From: Chthonomonadales bacterium
GTDB lineage: Bacteria; Armatimonadota; Chthonomonadetes; Chthonomonadales; CAJBBX01
Direction: 5' to 3'
Assembly (NCBI GenBank): GCA_037443035.1
Contig: JBBIPC010000014.1
Coordinates: forward strand, 1 to 64,000
Length of the DNA stretch: 64,000 bases
This document shows positions 10,635 through 19,675 of the stretch, piece by piece (the stretch's first letter is position 1; each line of letters starts with the position of its first letter). Under the pieces are notes generated by a model. It ran no database searches. It worked only from the letters and a program-made list of their open reading frames with translations, and was not told the origin of the DNA. The translations under genes were made by a program, and so were the position numbers.

Positions 10635-12251
10635 GTGCTTGGAACCCTGAAGAGCTCGGGACGATGGCTCCTAGGAACGGCGGCGCTCCTCATAGCTGGT
10701 GTCGCCTGCGCTCAGACACGGAGCACCGCAGCGGGCCCGCAACTGCCCTTGGGCGCTAGGATCGACAGCTTCAAGGACATTCTCTGGACACCTGCCGACA
10801 ACTACTTCCGGTCGCCCGGACCCGTCCGGATAACGCTGAGCGGTCTGGAGACTGGCGAGACAGTGATTCTCACGGCGGATGACGCCGAGGGGAAGCCCGA
10901 TGGCGAGATCATTGTACGAGGCAGATTGTCGCTGCGGCGATCCGATGCCGTGCTCAGCGGCACCTCGCTCAGGCTGAATGCCGCCGATCTGACAGGTTCC
11001 CTTTCCCATGCAGAAGCGCGGGTCGGTGCGATCCGCTTGCGTGGATCGGGCATTACTATGGCGAAGGACCGCACGCTGATCGCGAGACAGGGGCGGTTCA
11101 CAACCTGCTCCAAGGAGCATCCCGATTTCTGCATCACCGCCCAGGAGCTCCGACTGAACGCTCGCGGCAAGGTCGTTGCTCGTGGGGTCGCTCTGGAGTT
11201 GGGTGGCCGACGCGTCCTCGTTGTGCCATACCTGGAGAAGACCTTTACCACCAAGGTGGCGAACCCGTTTCCGATTCCGAGTTACAGTAAGGAGACGGGG
11301 ATCAAGTACCGGTTGGCTACCGAGTTTCTCTCCAACGCTCGTTCGTCGTTGAACCTAGATCTGGTTGCCTCTGTACGGCGAGCGCCGTTTGGCGCAGTGA
11401 CATGGGAGCTGGACCCCGGCCGACCCAATGCCGACGCGGTTCCGCCTCTGCTGCGGAAAAACGCCTTGTCAGATCCGACGCCGGACGCGCTGGAGCTGTT
11501 TCCGGCCTCTGGTGCACCGCCTGTGGACTACGTCGCCCATCCAACGGTCCTCTTCGCGGCCTTTGGGGCCAATGAGTACGCTCACCACCGACTGCGCACG
11601 GACCTGCGACTGAGCCGGCTTCCCGAAGCCGGCATCGCGTTGTACCACCCAGCGCTGAGGGCGGCATCGGAACGGGACGGCCAAGCCCTCCGGCTACGGA
11701 CGGACCGGGCGTCGTTCTATGGCGTTGTCGCGGGAGGCTACTACAAAGAGGTGACGACAGGCGTGACCGACTCGCGAGCGTCCTTGAGAGCTGGTGCAGT
11801 AGCTCCGTCCATCCATCTTCTTCCATCGGTAAGCCTCCGGGCCGGTTTCGATTGGGAGGGGGCAGCCTACGGTAAGGGCGGTACCTACTCGATCAGCTCG
11901 CCCCAGGCTGAGCTTGTGTGGCAGTCGCGCGGAGGAACAGCGCTCAGCGCGGGCTACCGCTATCGGGCCGAGGGGGGAAGGACGCCGTTCGCATTCGACC
12001 GGCTGGCTGTGAAAAACGAGGTGAGGCTGAGATACGAAGGCGACTACGTGCGATGGGGCCTCGACCTCATGGTGGCATACGATGCGGATCGGTGGAGAGC
12101 CTATGACACTGCCGTCTCCGTGTTGCACCGGCTCGATTGTCTCGAGTTCGGACTCTCTTATCGCACACGATCTCAGGGGTTTGGTGTAGTGCTGAACCTG
12201 CTACCCGGCTCCGTCAGTGACTCGCACGACAAGGAGGTAGCACCCCGATGA
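10635..12251 (+). CDS. lptD: LptD/OstA-like outer-membrane protein
   Basis: Signal peptide, 'GRFTTCSKEHPDFCITA' LptD-like motif, alternating beta-strand C-terminus, 'HRLDCLE'. Confidence 0.6.
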   Translation: MLGTLKSSGRWLLGTAALLIAGVACAQTRSTAAGPQLPLGARIDSFKDILWTPADNYFRSPGPVRITLSGLETGETVILTADDAEGKPDGEIIVRGRLSLRRSDAVLSGTSLRLNAADLTGSLSHAEARVGAIRLRGSGITMAKDRTLIARQGRFTTCSKEHPDFCITAQELRLNARGKVVARGVALELGGRRVLVVPYLEKTFTTKVANPFPIPSYSKETGIKYRLATEFLSNARSSLNLDLVASVRRAPFGAVTWELDPGRPNADAVPPLLRKNALSDPTPDALELFPASGAPPVDYVAHPTVLFAAFGANEYAHHRLRTDLRLSRLPEAGIALYHPALRAASERDGQALRLRTDRASFYGVVAGGYYKEVTTGVTDSRASLRAGAVAPSIHLLPSVSLRAGFDWEGAAYGKGGTYSISSPQAELVWQSRGGTALSAGYRYRAEGGRTPFAFDRLAVKNEVRLRYEGDYVRWGLDLMVAYDADRWRAYDTAVSVLHRLDCLEFGLSYRTRSQGFGVVLNLLPGSVSDSHDKEVAPR

Positions 12252-13423
12252 ACAAGACCGCATGTGTGATGGCAGCCTCGGTCACCATCATGGCCATGCT
12301 GATCCAGGCCGGTTCACGGCAGTCTTCTCCCGGTTCCCTCCACTTCCGCAAGACCGTGCTGGACACGGCGTTCCGCTCGGAGGGCGTGTGCGTGGCCGAC
12401 TTCAACCGGGATGGGCGACCGGACATCCTTGCAGGTGACCTCTGGTACGAGGCGCCGTCATGGAAACCCCATGAGATAGCACCGGTCAAGAAGTACGACC
12501 CCGCCGCTGGTTACAGCGAGTGCTTCGCAACGTTCGCGGCTGATGTTGACCGTGACGGATATCCAGACCAGATACGTATCGGCATGCCGGGAGGACCAGC
12601 TGACTGGCGGCGCAACCCGGGCAAAGCCGGAGGGCCGTGGAAGAGCTACCAGATCTGTGGCAGTGCCTGCAATGAAACGCCTCTCTTCGAGAAGCTTCTC
12701 GGTCCTCGGTCCCAGCCTGTTCTCGTCTTTCCGAAGGACGAGGCGTACATGGCATGGTACGAACCCTCGCCAGATCCTACGAAGGAGTTTATCGCGCACA
12801 TTGTCAGTACCGCGAAGTCTCCGGGCACCCAACGGTTCTCTCACGGGCTTGGTGTGGGCGATGTGAATGGTGACGGACGAGCCGATATTCTGACCACCGA
12901 GGGCTTCTATCAGGCACCGCAGGATCCTCGTGCTGCCGGTTGGAGCTTCGTGCCCGCCAGCCTGGGTCAGCCGTGCGCGAACATGGTCGTTTACGATGTG
13001 AACCAGGACGGTCTGCCCGATGTCGTAAGCAGTTCGGCCCACGGCGTGGGCGTGTGGTGGTTCGAGCAGAAGCGTACGAGCAAGGGAGCGGAGTTCGTCG
13101 AGCATCTCATTGACAAGTCCGTCTCCCAGACCCATGCACTGGTCATGGCGGATCTCGATCGAGACGGTGTCATGGAGTTCGTCACCGGGAAGCGCTTCTG
13201 GGCTCATGGTCCCAGCGGCGATATAGAGCCCAATGCTCCGGCCATGCTGGTGTACTTCAAGCCTGTTCGGAGCACCGGCCAGGTGCAATGGACTCGCCAT
13301 GTTGTTGACGACGACTCTGGAGTAGGCACGCAGTTCACCGTGGCCGACGTCAACCAAGATGGTAGGCTCGACATCGTCACCAGCAACAAGAAAGGCGTGT
13401 TCTATTTTGAGCAGGTGCGCTGA
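12248..13423 (+). CDS. FG-GAP/VCBS repeat secreted protein
   Basis: Repeated DxNxDGxxD motifs (DFNRDGRPD, DVNGDGRAD, DVNQDGLPD, DVNQDGRLD). Confidence 0.88.
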   Translation: MNKTACVMAASVTIMAMLIQAGSRQSSPGSLHFRKTVLDTAFRSEGVCVADFNRDGRPDILAGDLWYEAPSWKPHEIAPVKKYDPAAGYSECFATFAADVDRDGYPDQIRIGMPGGPADWRRNPGKAGGPWKSYQICGSACNETPLFEKLLGPRSQPVLVFPKDEAYMAWYEPSPDPTKEFIAHIVSTAKSPGTQRFSHGLGVGDVNGDGRADILTTEGFYQAPQDPRAAGWSFVPASLGQPCANMVVYDVNQDGLPDVVSSSAHGVGVWWFEQKRTSKGAEFVEHLIDKSVSQTHALVMADLDRDGVMEFVTGKRFWAHGPSGDIEPNAPAMLVYFKPVRSTGQVQWTRHVVDDDSGVGTQFTVADVNQDGRLDIVTSNKKGVFYFEQVR

Positions 13424-13433
13424 TGCCAACTCG

Positions 13434-14021
13434 ATGGTGAGAATCGGTGTGCTCGCCCTTCAGGGCGACTACGAAGCGCATTGCGCCATGCTCGGTCGTC
13501 TGACGACTGTGACTCCATTGCTGGTGAGAGACACGGAGGATCTCGACGGCCTCCACGGACTCGTCATTCCGGGCGGCGAGAGCACCACCATTGGCAAACT
13601 CATGGTCAGGAGGGGTCTCCTGGATCCCCTGCGACATCGCGCGACAGAGGGGATGCCTGTCTTCGGCACGTGCGCCGGCATGATTCTCATGGCCCAGCGC
13701 ATCAGTGGAAGCGACCAGCCACGCTTGGGGCTGATGGACATCACCGTAGCGCGAAATGCCTTCGGACGACAGATCGATAGTTTCGAGGCGGACATTCCCT
13801 TCCCAACCCTTGGTCCTGATCCCATCCGTGGAGTGTTCATCCGTGCTCCGCACGTGACCGAGGTGGGAGTTGGTGTGGAGGTTCTCGCTCGCTACGAGAA
13901 CGTCATCGTCGCGGTTCGGCAAGGGCGCTTGCTGGCTACAGCCTTCCATCCGGAGCTGACGGCAGACAGTCGCGTTCATGCGTGGTTCGCAGAAACGTGC
14001 CGAGAGTGTGCTGACCAGTGA
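13434..14021 (+). CDS. pdxT: PLP synthase glutaminase subunit PdxT
   Basis: GVLALQG, PGGESTT, GTCAG, RNAFGRQIDSFE, FHPEL. Confidence 0.96.
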   Translation: MVRIGVLALQGDYEAHCAMLGRLTTVTPLLVRDTEDLDGLHGLVIPGGESTTIGKLMVRRGLLDPLRHRATEGMPVFGTCAGMILMAQRISGSDQPRLGLMDITVARNAFGRQIDSFEADIPFPTLGPDPIRGVFIRAPHVTEVGVGVEVLARYENVIVAVRQGRLLATAFHPELTADSRVHAWFAETCRECADQ

Positions 14022-14241
14022 GCCCGTGCTGCCGCAGCCTCTCGTCGGGAATGCACGTCCTGCTCGGCTCCTCATCGCGCGGTCGTGGTGCAACCGCTTA
14101 GTCCCGGGTGCCGTATGGCTTGATGACGAACAGCGGGTAGGATGTTGGCAGGCATGACTGCAACCAGCAACTGCGCGCAAGAGTCCATTCCTTCGTTGGC
14201 ATCGTGACTTTGCACAGGGTTAGCACCGAGCAACTAGCACC

Positions 14242-16110
14242 ATGGCCACCGAGGTCATAGCCGGCAAGTACCGCATCGTACGGGAGATCGCCCGATCCAA
14301 CGACGTCGTCTACGAAGCCGTGGACACGACGATGGGCCGACGCGTGGCGGTCAAGGAACTCGTGGTCCCGCCGAACCTGACGGGTGCCCCTAGAAGGGAG
14401 CGTATCGAGCGATTCCATCGTGAAGCTCGCGCCGCCGGCAAGCTGACTCACCCCAACATCGTCACGATATACGACTACGGGGAGGACAACGGCCGCTACT
14501 ACATCGCCATGGAGTTCCTCGAAGGAGGGACGCTACGCGACCGTCTTCAGACCATCGGCGCTCTAGCCGTCCACGAGGCTCTGGATATCGCTAGGCAGGT
14601 TCTGTCGGCTCTGGCTCACGCCCATGCCCACAAGGTCATTCACCGGGATGTGAAGCCAGACAATATCCACATCCTGCCGGACGGGCAGATCAAGCTTACC
14701 GACTTCGGTATCGCTAGGCTCACCGAGGAGGCCTCCCTCACGGGCGATGGCCAGGTTTTCGGGACACCGAGCTATATGTCGCCCGAACAGATCGAGGGAC
14801 GGTTCATCGATCATCGGTCGGACCTTTTCTCGACCGCAGTCGTTCTCTACGAGATGCTGTCGGGGCGAAAGCCCTTCACCGGCGACAGCGTGGTGACCAT
14901 CACTTACGCCATCATGAATGCCGAGCCGCCACCGCTCGTGGGAGTGCCTTTCACCATCGAGCAGGTCGTCCGTCAGGGGCTGGCCAAGGATCCTGCCCGC
15001 CGTTTCCAGTCGGCCGAGGCCATGCGCCAGGCACTTGTGGAGGCAGCCAGCACTGCATCGTCTCCGACTTCGACTGGGCAGCAACCACCGTCGTTGTTCC
15101 TTCCCCCACCTGTGCCTGGACCACCGTATCATCAGCAGCGGGCCCCGTCTCCTTGGCAGGCTGCCCATCCGCCTCCGGACCCATTCGCGAGGTCGTATCC
15201 ACCGGCTGTCACACCAGCTCTGCCACCTCCCGTAGCTGCCCTCCCACCTGTGTATCCTCAGCAGCCCGCGCAGATGGCCACGCAACCAGGGCAGGGCGGC
15301 ACAGTCGTGGGGCCTTTCGCAAGTTGGGGTTCGCCAGCGGCAGCCCAGGGACAGGTTGGTCACGCGCCGGTTCCCCAGTATCGAGGTGCCGGCGACTGGT
15401 CTGTGCCGGAAAACGTCCGCGCGTTCGTGAAGGTGCTTGTCATCAGCTTCGTCCTGGCGGGTCTGATTCTGGGAGGTGTGGTTCTCTTTCTCCGCTCCTG
15501 GGAAGCCCATCAGCGCACGGGCGAGACGCTCGCGATCCAAGCGCAACTACGAACAGCCAATGCACTAGCCCAGTCAGGGGACCTCGAAGGTGCGGCCAGG
15601 GCATACGAGCAGGTCCTCCTAAGAGCGCCCGACTCTGTAGAGGGTATCGTCGCCCGCACGAGCCTTGCGGAGGCGATGAACCGCCTTGGCGTACGCGCCG
15701 CCCAGTTCGGGGAATACGGACGAGCAGCGCAGTGGTTCGCACGAGTTCTCGAACTGTACGAGCGGTATCCCAACGGCATGACGCAGCAGGACCTGTCCAC
15801 ACAACAAGTGGCCCGGGAGAATCTTGATGCGCTCCGCATGCGTCCGGGAGATGCGGTGCTTCCGGAAGGCTCGAGTGCAGGTGAGGAGCCCCCGGCCTCG
15901 ACGACGCCCGATAGCTTCATGGAGCAGTTTTCGGAGAGGGAGGCTCAGGCGGAAGCCTATCTCGAGCAGGGCGATGCTGCGTATCGTGAAGGGCAGCTAG
16001 CCTCGGCACGTCAACTGTGGAACGAGGCCGCAAAGACGGCACCGGGCTCCAAGGCTGCGCTGACGGCGCAGGAGCGGCTGGCTCAGCATTCTGTACCTCC
16101 TCCATTCTGA
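14242..16110 (+). CDS. Transmembrane Hanks-type Ser/Thr kinase with C-terminal TPR domain
   Basis: VAVKE, HRDVKPDN, DFG, GTPSYMSPEQ; Pro-rich linker, one TM helix, TPR-like C-terminus. Confidence 0.93.
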   Translation: MATEVIAGKYRIVREIARSNDVVYEAVDTTMGRRVAVKELVVPPNLTGAPRRERIERFHREARAAGKLTHPNIVTIYDYGEDNGRYYIAMEFLEGGTLRDRLQTIGALAVHEALDIARQVLSALAHAHAHKVIHRDVKPDNIHILPDGQIKLTDFGIARLTEEASLTGDGQVFGTPSYMSPEQIEGRFIDHRSDLFSTAVVLYEMLSGRKPFTGDSVVTITYAIMNAEPPPLVGVPFTIEQVVRQGLAKDPARRFQSAEAMRQALVEAASTASSPTSTGQQPPSLFLPPPVPGPPYHQQRAPSPWQAAHPPPDPFARSYPPAVTPALPPPVAALPPVYPQQPAQMATQPGQGGTVVGPFASWGSPAAAQGQVGHAPVPQYRGAGDWSVPENVRAFVKVLVISFVLAGLILGGVVLFLRSWEAHQRTGETLAIQAQLRTANALAQSGDLEGAARAYEQVLLRAPDSVEGIVARTSLAEAMNRLGVRAAQFGEYGRAAQWFARVLELYERYPNGMTQQDLSTQQVARENLDALRMRPGDAVLPEGSSAGEEPPASTTPDSFMEQFSEREAQAEAYLEQGDAAYREGQLASARQLWNEAAKTAPGSKAALTAQERLAQHSVPPPF

Positions 16111-16127
16111 ACCGAAGGGATAAGAGA

Positions 16128-17255
16128 TTGACTGATCCGCCTGGAGACCTGAAACTGCCGGCCGATATGCCGGAGGATATTCGCGCCATAGCGCTTCGAG
16201 CGACGCCTGAGGCCGCCAGCGAACTTGGACTCATTGGTGAAGGGCCGGACCGTAAGCGGGCGAAGGCCGCTCGCCGGGCGCTGTACCTGCTTCGTATTCG
16301 GGGCATCGAGCCACTTGCAGAGGAGGTACCCAAGCCGCTCGCCAGTCCAGATGAGAAGCTGGAACCGAAAGTGGAGACGTTCCTCGGCTTTTCCATCCGG
16401 CACGGCAGTCGCTTTCTGCACATCTGCCCCTACGGTGACACCGGTCCGCACACTCTGGTAGAGCTCGGAGAAAGCGGCGAAGTCCTTGCTTGCGGCGGTG
16501 GCGAGATGTCGCTCATAGAGCTGAAAGAGCGTTACATTGCTCATCAGAGAAAGTCGGGTCGGAGTGCCACGGAACCGCGGCTCTATGCGCCAATAGCACC
16601 CGACTATGCAAGGCATCTCCTCGAGGACGCTGAGCGTCGGACCCTGGCGGCGGGCCGCCTTGTGCCACTGGGTTTCCATAAGGCTTTGAGCATGCTGCCG
16701 CCGCCAAGTCAGAGCTATGACCGACCGCTCATCTATTCCTACATAACCGCTGAGGAGGTTGCCGGCGATGCACTTGGCACGAAATCCCCGGATCGTCTTC
16801 TGAAACAGTACCCTGTTCTGACGTCATGGCCGTCGGCGGCGGAGCTCGCTCCCTATGTGCAAAGGATCTCCGGCATCGCCACTTCTCCGCTTGTTCTGAC
16901 GCGGGAACAGCAGCAAGAGCAGTTCGAGCGAATACTGGCGGAGGCAGTAGACGCCATTGTTACCGATGAGCGTCGTCAGCATCTCATTACGCGCTTGGAG
17001 CTCGATGCTCTAGCTGCCTGGCAATCGAAGGACAAGGAACTCGCCGCGCTTCTTCTCCATCACGCCGTGGCTGGTAGCAGGGCGTCCAGGGCTAGTGCGT
17101 GGCCGTTGGCCGTCCTCCTCATCCGAATAGACATCGTCATGGTTATTAATGACTCACAGTCGTCATCCCGCGCGTCCGAGACGGGTCGCACGAAGCGCGA
17201 GACTGAAGATCCTGGGGGCGATCAAGGTGGCATACCGATCATTCGCGCACGCTAG
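16128..17255 (+). CDS. Hypothetical helical protein
   Basis: Long ORF filling the gap between kinase and GDPD; start uncertain (TTG 16128 or ATG 16167). Confidence 0.65.
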   Translation: MTDPPGDLKLPADMPEDIRAIALRATPEAASELGLIGEGPDRKRAKAARRALYLLRIRGIEPLAEEVPKPLASPDEKLEPKVETFLGFSIRHGSRFLHICPYGDTGPHTLVELGESGEVLACGGGEMSLIELKERYIAHQRKSGRSATEPRLYAPIAPDYARHLLEDAERRTLAAGRLVPLGFHKALSMLPPPSQSYDRPLIYSYITAEEVAGDALGTKSPDRLLKQYPVLTSWPSAAELAPYVQRISGIATSPLVLTREQQQEQFERILAEAVDAIVTDERRQHLITRLELDALAAWQSKDKELAALLLHHAVAGSRASRASAWPLAVLLIRIDIVMVINDSQSSSRASETGRTKRETEDPGGDQGGIPIIRAR

Positions 17256-17259
17256 CTTG

Positions 17260-18045
17260 ATGATCCTAGCGGCGGTCACATTGCTGGCTGCACCGGAGCG
17301 CCACCAATCACGCGATGGAGGCCGTCATCGGGTGATCGTCGTGGCCCATCGTGGCGGAGCAGGTCTGGCACCCGAGAACACTCTGGAGGCGTACCGAAAC
17401 GCGATCCGCATCGGGGCGGACTACGTGGAGATAGACGTCCGGGAGACCGCGGACGGCGCCCTGGTCATCATGCACGACAGCGCCGTAGACCGAACGACCG
17501 ATGGTACTGGTGAAGTCTCTCGCTTGAGTGCTTCGACCATCGCCCGGCTGAACGCTGCAGCTAAGTACCCTGGTGCCAGACGGCAGCGCGTTCCTACCCT
17601 AGAGGACGTCGCGCGCTTGTGTCGGGGAAAGATCGGCATCTACATGGACCACAAGAGCGCGCCTGTGAGGAAAGTACTGGGTGTTCTCGACCGCGTGCGC
17701 TTCGGCGAACGGATCGTTGTCTATGGCAGCCTGGAGACCCTGCGCGAATACCGTTCTCTCCGACCCCGGTGGCTACTCATGCCAGGCCATCCGGCTAACG
17801 AGACCCAGATGAAGTCCCTCGCTCAGACGATCGCTCCGGTAGCCTTCGATGGGCATGCCCTCGAATGGACGGAGGAGCAGGTGCGCCAAGCCCACGCGTG
17901 TGGTGGACAGGTCTGGATGGATATCATGGGCCCCACCGACAACCCGGAGGGCTATGCTCGGGCTGCGGAAATGGGAGCCGATGCTCTGCAAACGGACTAT
18001 CCGGACAGGCTGATTGGCTGGCTGAAGGACCGTGGACTACGATAG
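17260..18045 (+). CDS. Glycerophosphodiester phosphodiesterase
   Basis: AHRGG, PENTLEA, EIDV, MHD, LQTDYP. Confidence 0.9.
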   Translation: MILAAVTLLAAPERHQSRDGGRHRVIVVAHRGGAGLAPENTLEAYRNAIRIGADYVEIDVRETADGALVIMHDSAVDRTTDGTGEVSRLSASTIARLNAAAKYPGARRQRVPTLEDVARLCRGKIGIYMDHKSAPVRKVLGVLDRVRFGERIVVYGSLETLREYRSLRPRWLLMPGHPANETQMKSLAQTIAPVAFDGHALEWTEEQVRQAHACGGQVWMDIMGPTDNPEGYARAAEMGADALQTDYPDRLIGWLKDRGLR

Positions 18046-18062
18046 CGATCGGCGGCTGACTG

Positions 18063-18935
18063 CTACCTTCGCATGAGCCAGACGCTAGCCGCCATCATCG
18101 CCACGAGCAAGAGTCCGGCGTAAAGGAGTGCGAAGCGCTCGTGCCTCTCGTAGCGGAAGCTCCGACGATGGACGGCCAGCACGACGAGTGCCATGGGAAC
18201 CAGAGCGGGCAGACTCCATCCCGTCAATAGGACTAACAGCATGTAGAGGGCGAGGACCAGGGCTAGAGGACGCACCGTGCGTCCATACCCCGCTGTGTCC
18301 CCCACGAACCGGCACATGGCAGCTACGAAGAAAGCCATGAAAACGAAATCGGCGAAGCCAACCACCGCTATGGGAGCCGCCCCGGATGTCGGAGCAGGCA
18401 GTCGCACCGTCATGGCCTGGGTAACCTTCTGGGCCGTTGCCGTCTGACTCGTCATCAGCTGCTGGACAGGCCCACCAAGCAGAACTGTCCACATATCGAC
18501 GATGGCCAGGGCTGCTGCTGCCGGTGGCACCATATTGGCGCTCCGCATGAGGCGCGACAGGAGGACGCCGATGGCGGCACCGAATAGGATGAACACGAGC
18601 TCGGGCAACCCAGGCACCAGAAGCATCCAGCTCCATGGCGGTACCAGCGTACCCATGGCGTAGAGAACACGGAGTGGTAGGATGCAGGCAGCCGATACGG
18701 CCGCGATCCCAAGAGCTGATGGTACGCTGCGCATGGCACGTGCCGCCGAGGCAGTGACAAGGACGACCAGCACAAGCGACAGGATCGTGGCGACGATCAC
18801 CGTGACTAGGCGCTCGTCCCGAACCCGCGGAGCGACCTGCCAGAACAGTAGGTAGGCAATGCTGTAGATCGCCGCCGATCGCCAAGGCGATTGCTTGCGT
18901 GCTCCTTCGATAGTGTCGGGCTTGACCGGGTCCAT
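18063..18935 (-). CDS. Multi-pass membrane protein with presenilin/SPP (A22)-like motifs
   Basis: About 8-9 TM helices; AIVDMWTV, VGFADFVF and LPALVP in the canonical YD/GxGD/PAL order. Confidence 0.6.
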   Translation of the reverse strand: MDPVKPDTIEGARKQSPWRSAAIYSIAYLLFWQVAPRVRDERLVTVIVATILSLVLVVLVTASAARAMRSVPSALGIAAVSAACILPLRVLYAMGTLVPPWSWMLLVPGLPELVFILFGAAIGVLLSRLMRSANMVPPAAAALAIVDMWTVLLGGPVQQLMTSQTATAQKVTQAMTVRLPAPTSGAAPIAVVGFADFVFMAFFVAAMCRFVGDTAGYGRTVRPLALVLALYMLLVLLTGWSLPALVPMALVVLAVHRRSFRYERHERFALLYAGLLLVAMMAASVWLMRR

Positions 18936-18951
18936 GCGCCTCCGTCCAGCT

Positions 18952-18981
18952 TTGACTCGCTGGGTTCGGGTATTGTACACT
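18952..18981 (+). promoter_or_regulatory. Putative sigma70 promoter of the ANTAR RR/HK operon
   Basis: TTGACT-N18-TACACT about 90 bp upstream of the RR start. Confidence 0.45.
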
Positions 18982-19070
18982 ACCGCCAGCCAATGGAGCC
19001 TGAGAGTCACGACGCGACGGCACGGACGGCGTACCGATCGCGCTGAGACATAGCAGAGGAGTGAGAGCAC

Positions 19071-19667
19071 TTGTCACAGACCGAGACCGCACAGAGACCT
19101 CTACGGATCGTCATTGCTGATGACGAGCCGATCATCCGGCTGGACCTGCGCAAGACGCTGGAGAAGCTCGGTTACGAAGTAGTAGGAGAAGCTGGTGATG
19201 GGGGCACCGCCCTGGAGGCGGTACGAGACCTGCGGCCGGACGTCGCGATACTGGACATCCGCATGCCTGTAATGGATGGGATCGAGGTCGCCCGTGTCCT
19301 TCACGATGAGCATCTGGCCCCGGTGCTGATACTGACCGGGTACCCAGAGGCGGATCTGGTGCGTCGAGCGTCCGATGCGGGCGTGTACTACTACCTGGTG
19401 AAGCCTTACCGCGACACAGACCTCATGCCGGCGGTCGAGATCACTCTGAGCCGCTGGAAGGAGTACCTTGCCCTCGAGAAGGAGGCACGAAGCCTCGAGG
19501 AGAAGCTCGAGACGCGGAAGGTCGTAGAGCGTGCGAAAGGCATTCTCATGGACAAGCTAGGCCTCAGCGAGAGCGAGGCGTTTCGGCGCATTCAACTACA
19601 GGCCATGAACACTCGCAAGTCCATGCGCGAGATCGCTGAAGCCATCATCGTCGCCTACAGCGTCTGA
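19071..19667 (+). CDS. ANTAR-domain response regulator (PdtaR/EutV-like)
   Basis: REC domain (ADDE, LDIRMP, YLVKP) plus ANTAR (RKVVERAKGILM, SESEAFRRIQ, RKSMREIAEAI). Confidence 0.93.
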   Translation: MSQTETAQRPLRIVIADDEPIIRLDLRKTLEKLGYEVVGEAGDGGTALEAVRDLRPDVAILDIRMPVMDGIEVARVLHDEHLAPVLILTGYPEADLVRRASDAGVYYYLVKPYRDTDLMPAVEITLSRWKEYLALEKEARSLEEKLETRKVVERAKGILMDKLGLSESEAFRRIQLQAMNTRKSMREIAEAIIVAYSV

Positions 19668-19675
19668 GTCGGGCC

